A stretch of DNA of 53,231 bases from Tubiluchus corallicola (GCA_030141605.1 JAQGDQ010001236.1:1-53231), one strand, 5' to 3'. Counted from the first letter of the stretch, positions 30,636 to 40,407 are shown. Notes: a model not told the origin generated them from the letters alone. A program made the numbers and translations.

Positions 30636-32777
30636 ATGGAAAGACAAATTTTAGAAACAGGTGTACGTAGGTGGTTTGGCGAGGATTGGATAAAACTACA
30701 AGATGAAATATACAAAGCATTAGAGGAAGGCATACTAGGCAACCTCGACGACTGTATACTTAGTGGTATGGAAGTAAGCCCCAACGCTAGCAACTACGAT
30801 GTAGCACCCGGTATATGCTATGTGGGGGGTAAGATAGCTATCTACGAAGGAGCTACTAACATAACATTGCCTATTAGCTTGAAGCTAAAAGAAACACCCG
30901 CAGGCGATAGGCTGTACTTAGACGGGTCTACTAAACCAACACGCACCCACTACACAGCAGCTACCGACGGCACACTGGGCGGCAATTTGGAGATAAGCTC
31001 CACGAATGACCCACGCATACAAATACCTGCCGTAAATAGCAACGGGGAGCTGATAGGAGTAGTGAAAAGCGACAGTATATTAGAAGACGATACCAACACC
31101 TTAGCTACTAGCAAAGCTGCCTTTGAGCTTACACAGGTGGCAGCAGTCTTATCGTCGCGTATTGCCAACCTTGAAGCTTTGCAAGATGTAAGGTGCGTAG
31201 CTAAGCAAGTAGCACCGGGAGAACTGCCACTGGCCGAGACCACCATAAACTTACAGCTGTTTAGAGCTTCGGACAATACAGATGTGATAGACTTAGACGA
31301 GGTAAATAATAAGTTCTTGTTAAAAACAGAGGGCATACACGTAATATCCTACGAGGGTTCGTGGGTGAACGAAGACGGTAGCAATAGAGATATATTTATA
31401 CGCATAAGAGACGAAGGCGGAGTATTGATAGACGAAAGGAAGGTACTTATTACTGGTTCGGGAGGAGGCGACGATGGTAATGCCAATGTAACACACTCTG
31501 TAATATTGGATATTTCTACTCCCACAAAGGAGATAAGCATATCGGCAGAAGCCAGTGGCGACCAAGTAGAGCAGCAGTTTTTTAAAGCTACAGCCTCCAA
31601 GATGTCCTCTCTCTCGGGAGGTATCCCAGACCTTGACCCCAGTAGTAACGTAGAGACCGACGCAGCAGGGAGTTTGATAGCTGTAAGTAAAGAAACAGGG
31701 CATAACCTGCCCAAGAGTGACAGCCCCACACTTAACGACAGCAACACCTTAGCCACTAGTAAGGCGGTGAGGGATGCCACAAGGGGTAGCAATACCACAC
31801 AAGTACAAATAGGAGATAATGCAGAAGCCAGTGGCAGCAATTCCACCGCAGTGGGATACCAAGCAGAGGCCAGTGGTGGCAATTCCACCGCAGTGGGAGA
31901 AAGAACAGTCGCCAATGACAACAGTTGCACCGCATTGGGATATAGAGCAGAATCAACTGGCGTCCAATCCACCGCAGTTGGATACCAAGCAGCATCCAGT
32001 GGCGGCAATTCCACCGCCGTGGGAGACAGTGCAACAGCCATAGGCGGAGGAACCTCCGCACTGGGAAGAAGTGCAGCAGCCACTGGCACCTTTTCCACCG
32101 CACTGGGAAGAAATACAACAGCCACTGGCAACACATCTACCGCAGTGGGAAGCTTCGCAGCAGTCAGTAGGGACTCTTCCACCGCACTGGGAGGCGATTC
32201 AGTAGCCAGTGGCAGCAATTCCACCGCAGTGGGATCCAACGCAAATGTATCAGCAAGCAACACTATGGTGCTTGGGACATCTTCCACTACTGTTCTTTTA
32301 GGCGATGGAACAACCGTAATATCCGATAAGCGAGATAAGATAGACATAGCAGATAATGATTTGGGACTGGACTTTGTAAAACAGATAAAAACCCGCAAAT
32401 GGAGAGGCAACAATAGAGACCAATATTGGATAAAAGAAAAAGTAAAAGAAAAAAGAGAAGGAGCAGCAGAGGCAGAAGAGATAGAAGTATTCAAAACAGA
32501 CGAGAAAGGCGAGCGTGTATACGATGCTGAGGAGCACGCCAAGGGTAGCAAGGCAGGCAAACGCTGGCATCGTGGGATAATATCCCAAGAGATGTTAGAG
32601 CTCATAGATCCTATGGAATTTTCAGGGGTGAAGGATACAGAGGTAAATAATCCTGACATCAACAACCAACAAATGGGATTTTCATATAATCAGTTAATCG
32701 CTCCTATGATAAAAGCGATACAAGAATTGTCTGCAAAAGTAGAAGAGCAGCAAACACAGATAGAACAATTGGCTTGA
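30636..32777 (+). CDS. Tail fibre F1: baseplate-binding N-domain, middle beta domain, 11 YadA-like 14-aa repeats, peptidase S74-like intramolecular chaperone
   Basis: STA(V/L)G repeats; SDKRDK.DI, GLDFV, HRGIISQE, Y.QLIAPMIKAIQEL S74 motifs. Confidence 0.88.
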   Translation: MERQILETGVRRWFGEDWIKLQDEIYKALEEGILGNLDDCILSGMEVSPNASNYDVAPGICYVGGKIAIYEGATNITLPISLKLKETPAGDRLYLDGSTKPTRTHYTAATDGTLGGNLEISSTNDPRIQIPAVNSNGELIGVVKSDSILEDDTNTLATSKAAFELTQVAAVLSSRIANLEALQDVRCVAKQVAPGELPLAETTINLQLFRASDNTDVIDLDEVNNKFLLKTEGIHVISYEGSWVNEDGSNRDIFIRIRDEGGVLIDERKVLITGSGGGDDGNANVTHSVILDISTPTKEISISAEASGDQVEQQFFKATASKMSSLSGGIPDLDPSSNVETDAAGSLIAVSKETGHNLPKSDSPTLNDSNTLATSKAVRDATRGSNTTQVQIGDNAEASGSNSTAVGYQAEASGGNSTAVGERTVANDNSCTALGYRAESTGVQSTAVGYQAASSGGNSTAVGDSATAIGGGTSALGRSAAATGTFSTALGRNTTATGNTSTAVGSFAAVSRDSSTALGGDSVASGSNSTAVGSNANVSASNTMVLGTSSTTVLLGDGTTVISDKRDKIDIADNDLGLDFVKQIKTRKWRGNNRDQYWIKEKVKEKREGAAEAEEIEVFKTDEKGERVYDAEEHAKGSKAGKRWHRGIISQEMLELIDPMEFSGVKDTEVNNPDINNQQMGFSYNQLIAPMIKAIQELSAKVEEQQTQIEQLA

Positions 32778-33375
32778 TACAATTCTTTATGTTCTTTCTT
32801 TATGTTCTTTGGCTTGATACAATTCTTATGCTCTTTTGTCTTGATACAAAAGAGCCAAAAAATCAAGCCTGATTTTAAATTTCTGAACTTCTACACTTCG
32901 CTACACTAAAATGTGCTAAACTCGTTCGCTCAGTAATTCGCTCTCTCAAACAGAGCCCATTTTTACGTTTCGCTGCGTTTGAAGTTTTACGAAATTTTAA
33001 ATAGGGCGTTTGTGTTCTGCTACGCAGAATTGGTAATTTATAATTGTCGTCTTTTATCTTTTATCTGTTATCTTAAAAGCTTTTAAGGGCGTTTGTATTC
33101 TGCTTCGCAGAATTGGTAATTTATAATTGTTGTCTTTTATCTTTTATCTGTTATCTTAAAAGCTTTTAAGGGTGTTTGTATTCTGCTACGCAGAATTGGT
33201 AATTTATAATTGTCGTTTTTTATCTTTTATCTGTTATCTTAAAAGCTTTTAAGGGTGTTTGTATTCTGCTACGCAGAATTGGTAATTTATAATTGTCGTT
33301 TTTTCTCTTTTATCTGTTATCTTTTATCTTTTAAGGGCGGTCGTATTCTGCTACGCAGAATTGGTAATTTATAAT
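32778..33375 (+). repeat. Structured element variant C followed by five ~83-bp tandem units
   Basis: CTCTTTTGT-CTTGAT-ACAAAAGAG...TCAAG, GCCTGATTTTAAATTTC...GAAATTTTAAATAGGGC; units start 33004, 33087, 33170, 33253, 33335 (last truncated). Confidence 0.9.
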
Positions 33376-33807
33376 TCAGTTTAAACATACATTTAGCAGT
33401 TGTTTTTTTGTGTTGCTATTACCTTCTACGGCTTTGAATTGTTTAATGAGTTTTTGTAGTTCTTTTTTGGTGTGCTTGTGCAGTTCCTTGTGGTAAACGG
33501 AGCTTTTAATCATCCATTTGTTAAACCTATCGTAGTTTCCTTGTGATAGTTCGGGGAATAGTGCATCGGTGGCTATGGTGAGTGCTGTGCTTCGTAGTTT
33601 TTTGAGTGTTTTGTTTTTTTTGGTTTGCTTTATCTGCCCTTGTAAGCCTTTGATGATGTTTTGTAGTTCTTCTTTGGTGAGCTGCTTGATGCTTTCTACT
33701 CCGTAGTCGTCCTTTATAGCATCTTTGACTACTTGGCTGTATTCTCCACTGCCTATAATGGCGTGGAACTTCCTTATGAGTTGTGGTTTATTGGCGGTTG
33801 TTTTCAT
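33376..33807 (-). CDS. Mu GemA/gp16-like early protein
   Basis: LIRKFHA, YGVESIKQLT..EL, EL.KLIKQF; last gene of the early operon. Confidence 0.55.
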   Translation of the reverse strand: MKTTANKPQLIRKFHAIIGSGEYSQVVKDAIKDDYGVESIKQLTKEELQNIIKGLQGQIKQTKKNKTLKKLRSTALTIATDALFPELSQGNYDRFNKWMIKSSVYHKELHKHTKKELQKLIKQFKAVEGNSNTKKQLLNVCLN

Positions 33808-34042
33808 TTTTAAAATTTGTTAAAAAATCTAAAATGTCTTTTGCTTGTATGTCCACAATTTTTGCAGACACAATTTCTGCGGGAGTGTCAAATTCAATGC
33901 TTTCCACATTTTTTTTTGTGTTTCTGATATGTAGCTCAATTTTGTTGCGAGCTACTGATTTTGTTTCGGCGTAAGTTTTGTATCGTTTTTTTATGCTGTT
34001 TTCTTTGCTATGTATAATAACTGTCCAATAGTACGTATTCAT
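33788..34042 (-). CDS. Hypothetical phage early protein
   Basis: 84-aa ORF overlapping the next gene in the operon. Confidence 0.55.
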   Translation of the reverse strand: MNTYYWTVIIHSKENSIKKRYKTYAETKSVARNKIELHIRNTKKNVESIEFDTPAEIVSAKIVDIQAKDILDFLTNFKNENNRQ

Positions 34043-34102
34043 CTTTTCTCTTTTATCTCTTATCTTTTATCTTATTAAATCTTTTCTCTATTATCTATTA
34101 TC

Positions 34103-34363
34103 TTATCTAAGCTGTATTCCAGCGTATTTAGCCGCCACGTTGATAATAAGTTTGGCAGTTGGTGTGTCTTGGTTTATTCTGCCATTCAAAACAGCTGACA
34201 CTTGCGTTTGCCGGGATTTCAAATTAAAGCTTGGCAGGTGTCCAAATAATTCAACTGCTATTTTCTTTTGCCGTACTGGCTTTCGGAGTCCTTTTGGCTT
34301 TTTGAGCCCTTGCAAAATATCAGTTCGGCGTTCATATACAGCTGGTGTTTTACGTTTGTTCAC
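34103..34363 (-). CDS. Basic hypothetical protein, possible HTH
   Basis: QKKIAVEL...QTQVSAVLNGR resembles an Xre-type HTH. Confidence 0.5.
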   Translation of the reverse strand: MNKRKTPAVYERRTDILQGLKKPKGLRKPVRQKKIAVELFGHLPSFNLKSRQTQVSAVLNGRINQDTPTAKLIINVAAKYAGIQLR

Positions 34364-34386
34364 CGTTCTTTTTATTATTTGTTTGT

Positions 34387-34470
34387 GCAGTAGGCGGGAC
34401 TTGAACCTGCAATGCCTTTCTTTTGTTGTTATTATTTCATAAAGGACTTATATCTTAACCTAGCTACTGC
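34387..34470 (-). ncRNA. tRNA-like element (acceptor stem and T-arm only)
   Basis: GCAGTAG/CTACTGC 7-bp stem; GCAGG-TTCAAGT-CCCGC T-arm; no canonical D or anticodon arm. Confidence 0.45.
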
Positions 34471-34497
34471 TTTTTTTTAATTAGGAATTAGTAACTG

Positions 34498-35118
34498 TTA
34501 TACGTTGCTAAAGTTGAGTTCTATGTTTTTGTACTCTCCTGTGTTGTTTTTTACCCATATGCGTAGGTATTCTTTTGAGCTTACTACACGTATGGCTTTC
34601 TCTATCAGGTCTAAGGCTTGATGAAATTGTTCGTTTTTTATTTTGGCACGGTAACGTAAGAGAGCTGTTATTTTCTTTACGTCCAGCTTGCCACGTGAAG
34701 TTTCAAAGGCGTTCATTACTAATTGTTTTACTACTTCGTTTTCGCTGTTTATGTTGTTGCTGATGAATTGGTTGAGTAGTTTTTTGGCTTGTTCTATGAG
34801 GTTGTCGTCGAAGTCTTGTCTGTCGTTGATGCTTAGCTCGAGTTTTACATCGCGGTTGAAGCTGTAAAGTGTGTAGTTGCCTTTGCGTTGTTCTATGTTG
34901 ATACCGTTTTCTTTCATTTCTTCTAAATAGGCGTTTTGGCTTCTGTCCATTACGTATAGTTTGAACTCGCTTAGTTTTTGGGAGAGTTGTTGTGCTTCCT
35001 TTACGAATTTGGCGAGTAGTCGTTCTTTTTTCTTTTCGCTTTTTGTTACTCTGTTTATGGGTATGGCGTTTCCTTGCTCATCTTCCCATATTTTTTCTTT
35101 ACTGGTATGTAGTTTCAT
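34498..35118 (-). CDS. DUF3164-like Mu-type early protein
   Basis: KGNYTLYSF, FDD..I..AK, AFETSRGKLD, IELNFS. Confidence 0.8.
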   Translation of the reverse strand: MKLHTSKEKIWEDEQGNAIPINRVTKSEKKKERLLAKFVKEAQQLSQKLSEFKLYVMDRSQNAYLEEMKENGINIEQRKGNYTLYSFNRDVKLELSINDRQDFDDNLIEQAKKLLNQFISNNINSENEVVKQLVMNAFETSRGKLDVKKITALLRYRAKIKNEQFHQALDLIEKAIRVVSSKEYLRIWVKNNTGEYKNIELNFSNV

Positions 35119-35134
35119 AGTTATTTGTTAATTA

Positions 35135-35383
35135 TTAATTAATCATTGTAGCTATGTATGTGCCTGCTATTGCTCCGCTTGCTGCCCCAAGGGCATAAAC
35201 AATGCGTTGTAGGTCGTTGTGCATAGCCATTTTCTTTACGTTGGTAGCCCATAGGTAGCTTATGGCAAAGGAGCATATGCCTAAGCCTATCCAATGGAGG
35301 TTGGCAATAAAATAGGTGTTGCCTGCCACGAATAGTACTTGTAAAAAAGCTGTGGCAAATAGTTTACATAGTTTTTTATTCAT
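35135..35383 (-). CDS. Small multi-TM hypothetical protein
   Basis: 82 aa with about three hydrophobic helices. Confidence 0.6.
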   Translation of the reverse strand: MNKKLCKLFATAFLQVLFVAGNTYFIANLHWIGLGICSFAISYLWATNVKKMAMHNDLQRIVYALGAASGAIAGTYIATMIN

Positions 35384-35552
35384 AACTAAGTGTTTTGTAG
35401 TGTTGCCATTTGTTATAACATTTGCTGTATTGGTTTATGGCATTCAGCCATAGTGCTATGTTGTTTTTGTGGTAGTAGTGGTTTATTTCTTCTTTCCAAA
35501 AGTTGGTTAGGTATTTGTAAAACTTGCTAATTAGTTTATTGATTAGTTTCAT
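35376..35552 (-). CDS. Hypothetical 58-aa protein
   Basis: Manual translation MKLINKLISKFYKYLTNFWKEE...; fills the operon gap and overlaps the next start. Confidence 0.45.
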   Translation of the reverse strand: MKLINKLISKFYKYLTNFWKEEINHYYHKNNIALWLNAINQYSKCYNKWQHYKTLSYE

Positions 35553-35564
35553 AATTGATTAGTT

Positions 35565-35762
35565 TTATTTATTATTTAAAATTCGTTTATAGTTGATGTT
35601 TTTGTAGTTTAGCATTGTTTTATAGCTTATGAAGAATTTATCCTTTATATACATTCTCCATATACGGGTATCTGGATAATCTCTATTTTTGCTTTTAGCT
35701 TTTAAGTATGCATCCATTACCACTTGTACCCTTTTTGCATAGTTGTACTTTTTTAAGTCCAT
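35565..35762 (-). CDS. Small basic HTH-like protein, possible transcriptional activator
   Basis: IWRMYIKDKFFISYKTMLNY pattern. Confidence 0.55.
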   Translation of the reverse strand: MDLKKYNYAKRVQVVMDAYLKAKSKNRDYPDTRIWRMYIKDKFFISYKTMLNYKNINYKRILNNK

Positions 35763-35763
35763 A

Positions 35764-36357
35764 TTACATTATGTTTTTAGCTCCTTGCTCCCAAACGGTA
35801 TAGGGCTCACCTCCTCCATAGCGACTAAGGCAGTGTGCGGTATAAGATTCCACGCGTATTTTCACTGCAGCGTCGTAGCGTATGGCACTGGCTGTTCTCC
35901 CAGAAGGCGAAGCACCATCGGCGTGGGACAGCCATATGAATAAGTTTTTGGGATGGTTTTTTAACAGTTCTTTATATTGTTCGTACGAAATCTCAGCATG
36001 TTGTAGGCTGTCGGTTATTATAATTTTTGGCTTGCGTTTGCCTTGCAATAGTTTTTCAACAGCATTTAAATCGTATTTATCTAATATTACAATGTTTTTG
36101 CATCCTGCTAATTGGTTGCGTCGTGCCGCTGCTTGGAAGGAGAGTGATATACCTTCTTCTAGTGTGTTGTAGGCTACTTTAGCGAATTGTGATAGTTCTT
36201 TGGCGAGTTGGAGAGCAAAGGAGGTTTTGCCGTTGAAAGAGCTGCCCCATATAATCCAGCTACCACATAGCTCAGGCTTGCCTATGGCTCGCTTGAATGG
36301 TTCGGAGAGCTCCACGCCTTTAAACCTCCTATTTAAAAGTGTATTTACGCTTATCAT
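35764..36357 (-). CDS. RecA-like P-loop ATPase
   Basis: WGSSFNGKT Walker A, LEEG, IITDSLQ Walker B, IRYDAAVKIRV. Confidence 0.8.
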   Translation of the reverse strand: MISVNTLLNRRFKGVELSEPFKRAIGKPELCGSWIIWGSSFNGKTSFALQLAKELSQFAKVAYNTLEEGISLSFQAAARRNQLAGCKNIVILDKYDLNAVEKLLQGKRKPKIIITDSLQHAEISYEQYKELLKNHPKNLFIWLSHADGASPSGRTASAIRYDAAVKIRVESYTAHCLSRYGGGEPYTVWEQGAKNIM

Positions 36358-36360
36358 TGT

Positions 36361-37251
36361 TTAATATGCTACTATTGTTTCTTTGTTTTTTTCTTTGGTG
36401 AGTTCTATTTTTACACGTCTAAGGCTTCCGTCGGTTTGTGCATACAATTTTTTAAGGTCTTGTCTTGTCTTGTTAGCTTGTGCTATCAGGGCGACCTGTG
36501 TGTATTTAAACTGTTTTTTGTCTTCCGCCGCTATGGGTGTAATGCCTTGAAAGCGTTTGCCAAATCGCGAAAATATTTCCGTATAGCCTACTTTTTTATT
36601 ATGTATGTTGCGTTCTATCTTTACACGTAGTCCATCTGCTCCTATCATATACCAGCCAGTATTGCCTTCGGCAGCATTCCAGAGTGCTTTTAGCTCGAGG
36701 AATGCAGGGTAATTAAGGTCTCCCGCTTCGTCCAATATAATGAGGGGTGCTATGTCGGTTATTTGTAGGTAACAAATGAGGTCGGTATATACATTGTTGT
36801 ACCTTCCTTTATGCTCTACTCCAAACTCTTGAGCTATTTTACGGACTAATTGTTGTTTGGTTTTTACTTGTGAGCAGTCTATGTATACAGCGTTGCGGTT
36901 CTGTTTTGCGTACATTTTTGCGGCGTAGGTTTTGCCTATATCTGCTGTGTCGCATACAAGTGCTGATAAGGCTTGTTCTTGACAGTCTTTTAATTGCGAC
37001 GTTATGAATTTATATACGGGTGTAGCTGCAGTGTTCCATTGTATAGTTTCTTTGAGTTGTACATTGAGTCGTCGGGCAATGGCTATCCAATTAGCATCGG
37101 ATAGAATTTTATCTGTTGTCCCTTTTTTTATTTTAGAAATCTGCGAAGAGCTGATGCCTAAGGCTATGGCTTGTTTTTTAGAACTGTCGTAGTTTTGACT
37201 GTCTTTATTTACCGCCTCTATTATCTTTTTCTTTATTTTTTCTTTTATCAT
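36361..37251 (-). CDS. MuB-like AAA+ transposition ATPase
   Basis: N-terminal HTH, DTADIGKT, LIILDEAGDL, GYTEIFSRFG; follows the transposase. Confidence 0.88.
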   Translation of the reverse strand: MIKEKIKKKIIEAVNKDSQNYDSSKKQAIALGISSSQISKIKKGTTDKILSDANWIAIARRLNVQLKETIQWNTAATPVYKFITSQLKDCQEQALSALVCDTADIGKTYAAKMYAKQNRNAVYIDCSQVKTKQQLVRKIAQEFGVEHKGRYNNVYTDLICYLQITDIAPLIILDEAGDLNYPAFLELKALWNAAEGNTGWYMIGADGLRVKIERNIHNKKVGYTEIFSRFGKRFQGITPIAAEDKKQFKYTQVALIAQANKTRQDLKKLYAQTDGSLRRVKIELTKEKNKETIVAY

Positions 37252-37268
37252 AATTTAAAATTTTTAGT

Positions 37269-39275
37269 TTATATTGAATTTGCCCCTAAGGCTGCGTAAT
37301 CTTTTTCATCTATTCGCAAACTGTCTTTTTCGGTTATGGTTACTACGGTTTCTATGCTTTCTTCTTCTGTTTCTTTTAATTCTTGCAGTTTGGCTAAGTT
37401 CTTACGCTTTTCTTTGGCCATTTTGTCAAATTGTGCGTTATATGCTGCTTGTTCTTTGTAGTTGTTTTCGTCTTGCTCTGTCCATTCTGCCTTAGCACGG
37501 TTGAAGGTTTTTATCTTATCGCAGGTGTCTATTAAATTGTCGTTTTGATATATATGTATATTTGGTATTGCCCCGTCTTCCTTAGGTAGCCAATAGGCGG
37601 TTACTTTTCGGTTGTTGGGTGCTAAGCGTTCTAATGTATGGGGTGAGGATAGCCTGTATTTTTCATAGTTTACGGTACAGTAGCTGCTGCGTCTTATGCT
37701 GGTAGGGCGGCTGTAGCCAAAGTGGTAGGCTACTGCTGCTTCGTTGTAGGTGGGTAGGTTGGGGTTTATATTCTGAAAGAATACGTCTAAACGTGTAAGA
37801 TTAGGGTATTTTTTTTGATTGGTATGTAGTTGGTTGTTGTATATGTTTATAGTATCTATATCTTGGGCTTCGATAGTGTCAATGCTCTCTATCTTATATT
37901 TGTAATTGTCATTATGTTTGTCAAAAACCTTTTTGTTGTCTACTATGTTGGCGGGTAGTTTGGCGTAATGCCTGCCTGTGCGTCCAATAATATTCTTTTC
38001 TGCTCCGTATTTTTTAGTGCGTATTAAGCGTTCTGCGTATTTTTCCTGTGAATTACCGGGTTGGCACCAGTGTATTTTGGGAAAAATAGCACCTTCTTTA
38101 AAAGCACCCTCACGATAATTGCCTACGAGGTGATGCTCTACTTCCATCTCCATAGGGAAGCCTATTTTGTGCAGGTGTAGCCACGTAAACATATTACGCA
38201 TACAGTCCTCCAGTAGCTTTGCCTCTTTGTGTAAATTGTGTGCATAGCCTACTATAGCTCCGCTTACTACATCAAAGGCATAATAGGCTTTTACCTTGCC
38301 TTTTTGTGTTCTGCTCCACATAATGTCGCGGTCGTCAATGGATATTTTTGACATAGAGTACTGTGGTGCGTGGCGGTGTACGTGTGGTCGGTAGTTGTAT
38401 TTGAAGTGTTCTTGACTTTGGCGACTAAGTTCTATGGCTATTTTATTAGCTTCTTTATGATAATAGTTTTTTACAGTTGTAAGGCTGATTTTTCTGTTGT
38501 AGTCTTTTGGGTCGAAATATTCACCTGTTTTTTTATCATATACTTGATATTCGCCTGCGATGAATAGGAGGTATAGTTCGTGTACGCGTTCGGCATAAGG
38601 CTTTTCGGGTAGTGTAAATAGTGAAAGTAGTAGACGCTCTATTTGTACGGTTACTTTGCGGTTGTTTTGGTTACGATATCCACGGTGTACAAGAGCTGTG
38701 TATCCTTGTTTTTTGTATTGCAATGCTTTGTTTTTGAGGCGTCGTTCGTTGGTGGGGAGCGTGTGTGGGTATTGGTTCTTTGGTAAGGCGTTTACATAGT
38801 CTAACACGTTTTGCCAAAGGTTTGTTGTTTTTGAGGCTAAGGCTTTACGTTGTCGGCGTTTGTTGGCTACGAGGGCGAGGCAGGCGTTTAGTATTTCTGC
38901 GTTGGTACGGTATTCACGTTGTTTTTCGAAGGGCAATAAGTTGCTGCCGTTTACATAGCCGTCTAACCTGTAATTGCTGTAAAACTCACCAGCCGCGGGG
39001 TCAGGCTGTATAAGTGTAGCAAAAAAAGATAGTGTATTTTCACTGTATGGGTTGCCTAGTTGTGCTGTTATTTTATCTTTAAAACGCTCGGGGATAGTGT
39101 CGTAAGCTACCCAAGCCTTGCGTCCATTGCCGCCTTTTATTACTCTGTCTATAATGCCTCTGTTCCTACAATTATTATACTGATGCCTTGTCATAATACT
39201 CCCTTCCCCGTACAGCCACTTAGCAGCTACGCACATAGTACCTTTTATATATTGTAAGGCTTGAAGGTTTTCCAT
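37269..39275 (-). CDS. MuA-like DDE transposase
   Basis: GGNGR N-terminus, ISIDDRD, AFDVVSGAIVG, EMEVEHH, NSQEKYAE; 668 aa. Confidence 0.88.
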   Translation of the reverse strand: MENLQALQYIKGTMCVAAKWLYGEGSIMTRHQYNNCRNRGIIDRVIKGGNGRKAWVAYDTIPERFKDKITAQLGNPYSENTLSFFATLIQPDPAAGEFYSNYRLDGYVNGSNLLPFEKQREYRTNAEILNACLALVANKRRQRKALASKTTNLWQNVLDYVNALPKNQYPHTLPTNERRLKNKALQYKKQGYTALVHRGYRNQNNRKVTVQIERLLLSLFTLPEKPYAERVHELYLLFIAGEYQVYDKKTGEYFDPKDYNRKISLTTVKNYYHKEANKIAIELSRQSQEHFKYNYRPHVHRHAPQYSMSKISIDDRDIMWSRTQKGKVKAYYAFDVVSGAIVGYAHNLHKEAKLLEDCMRNMFTWLHLHKIGFPMEMEVEHHLVGNYREGAFKEGAIFPKIHWCQPGNSQEKYAERLIRTKKYGAEKNIIGRTGRHYAKLPANIVDNKKVFDKHNDNYKYKIESIDTIEAQDIDTINIYNNQLHTNQKKYPNLTRLDVFFQNINPNLPTYNEAAVAYHFGYSRPTSIRRSSYCTVNYEKYRLSSPHTLERLAPNNRKVTAYWLPKEDGAIPNIHIYQNDNLIDTCDKIKTFNRAKAEWTEQDENNYKEQAAYNAQFDKMAKEKRKNLAKLQELKETEEESIETVVTITEKDSLRIDEKDYAALGANSI

Positions 39276-39460
39276 TAAATCGCAATGTTTTTTATCACTC
39301 TATTGGCTTTTTGTTCTCGGCATTTTACAATGCGTTTATACACCTTTATTACTCTTTCGTTTTCTTTGTGGCCGTTGATTACCCTGCTTACATAACTTAA
39401 ACTGTGGCCTGTAGCTTGGGCTATTGTTGCTACATCTCCTTTTTTTAGTCCTGTTTTCAT
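39275..39460 (-). CDS. Ner/Cro-like HTH regulator
   Basis: IAQATGHSLSYVSRVING HTH; first early gene, divergent from the repressor. Confidence 0.75.
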   Translation of the reverse strand: MKTGLKKGDVATIAQATGHSLSYVSRVINGHKENERVIKVYKRIVKCREQKANRVIKNIAI

Positions 39461-39605
39461 TTTTTTACGTTATTTGTTTATATTTGCTCGTTTGACTTAA
39501 AAAAAATAAGAGGTAGTTTAGGTGCTTATTTTTATTGCAAATAGCAAATATAACTGCCAATATTCAATTATTCAAATATTTTAACTGCTTTTTTTCAATT
39601 ATTTT
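39461..39605. promoter_or_regulatory. Divergent immunity/early promoter region
   Basis: TATATTTG (TAnnTTTG) on + near 39479-39486 and on - at 39552-39545. Confidence 0.5.
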
Positions 39606-40142
39606 ATGGATGCAAAAGAAAGAATAAAACAATTTCTTGATAAACAGGGGATTACAAAGTACAGGTTTTATAAAGAAACTAAACTTTCTGATGGTTTTTT
39701 AGACAAAAAAAGCAACACCCGTATGGATATAGCTGAAAACATCCTGTTATCTTATGATATAAATCCCGAATGGTTATTAACTGGCAAGGGCGAGATGTTG
39801 AAAAGTTGTGAAAAAAAATATTTGATTGATTTGCGCGAGTTATTTACATTTGATACTTCTAAACAACCTCCTGAAGCCTTAAATGAATTGAAAAAAAAGA
39901 TCATTCAGTACATTACCAATAACTATAATGTTGGTGGAGATATTGTAGGAAAGACAAAAATAACAGGTAGTAACATAGTATCTAAATCGAAAGGAGATGT
40001 TACTATTGGTAGTTATAATATGTCTAATGATGAAAATTTGCAAGAAAAAATAAAGCATCAAACCGAAGTAATTAACCAACTCCAAGAACGACTAAAAGAT
40101 AAAGATGCTATTATTGAATTAATGAAAAAACAAGACAAGTAA
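39606..40142 (+). CDS. CI-like prophage repressor
   Basis: ERIKQF...F.KET.LS.G HTH, INPEWLLTGKGEM, coiled-coil C-terminus; no S24 domain evident. Confidence 0.8.
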   Translation: MDAKERIKQFLDKQGITKYRFYKETKLSDGFLDKKSNTRMDIAENILLSYDINPEWLLTGKGEMLKSCEKKYLIDLRELFTFDTSKQPPEALNELKKKIIQYITNNYNVGGDIVGKTKITGSNIVSKSKGDVTIGSYNMSNDENLQEKIKHQTEVINQLQERLKDKDAIIELMKKQDK

Positions 40143-40370
40143 GATAATTAGCCTCTTCTCCCTCCCTTTTATCATTACGAATTGTACAGTAGATTGTTTG
40201 CGGCTTGTGGTAGAAAACATAAGTTTCTGATATATAGGCATTTATAAAAAAGGCAGCTTTTTAAGCTGTTTTTTTGTGTCGTTTTGGGTAATTATAAGGC
40301 TAAAAAAAGGCTTTAAACAGTGTTTTTATGTCGTTTTCAAGTGGTTTAAAGCCCCTTTTTTTGGCTTAAT

Positions 40371-40407
40371 TGACACCCCAGCTGACACTCCAGCTGACAT
40401 CCCAGCT
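40371..40407 (+). repeat. Three 12-bp tandem repeats TGACAYYCCAGC near the repressor-proximal end
   Basis: TGACACCCCAGC TGACACTCCAGC TGACATCCCAGC. Confidence 0.85.

Noticed and set aside
31349-32665. 438-aa antisense ORF and similar PPHW/PVRW ORFs over the YadA repeats
   Set aside because: Shadow frames produced by the stop-poor 42-bp repeat of the fibre genes
33004-33375. CRISPR-like array of hairpin-containing ~83-bp units
   Set aside because: The would-be spacers are near-identical TTTTATC simple sequence and no cas genes are present; this is a tandem repeat
30636-33375. Gin/Cin-type invertible fibre segment
   Set aside because: No serine or tyrosine invertase gene and no gix-like short inverted sites recognised next to the fibre gene
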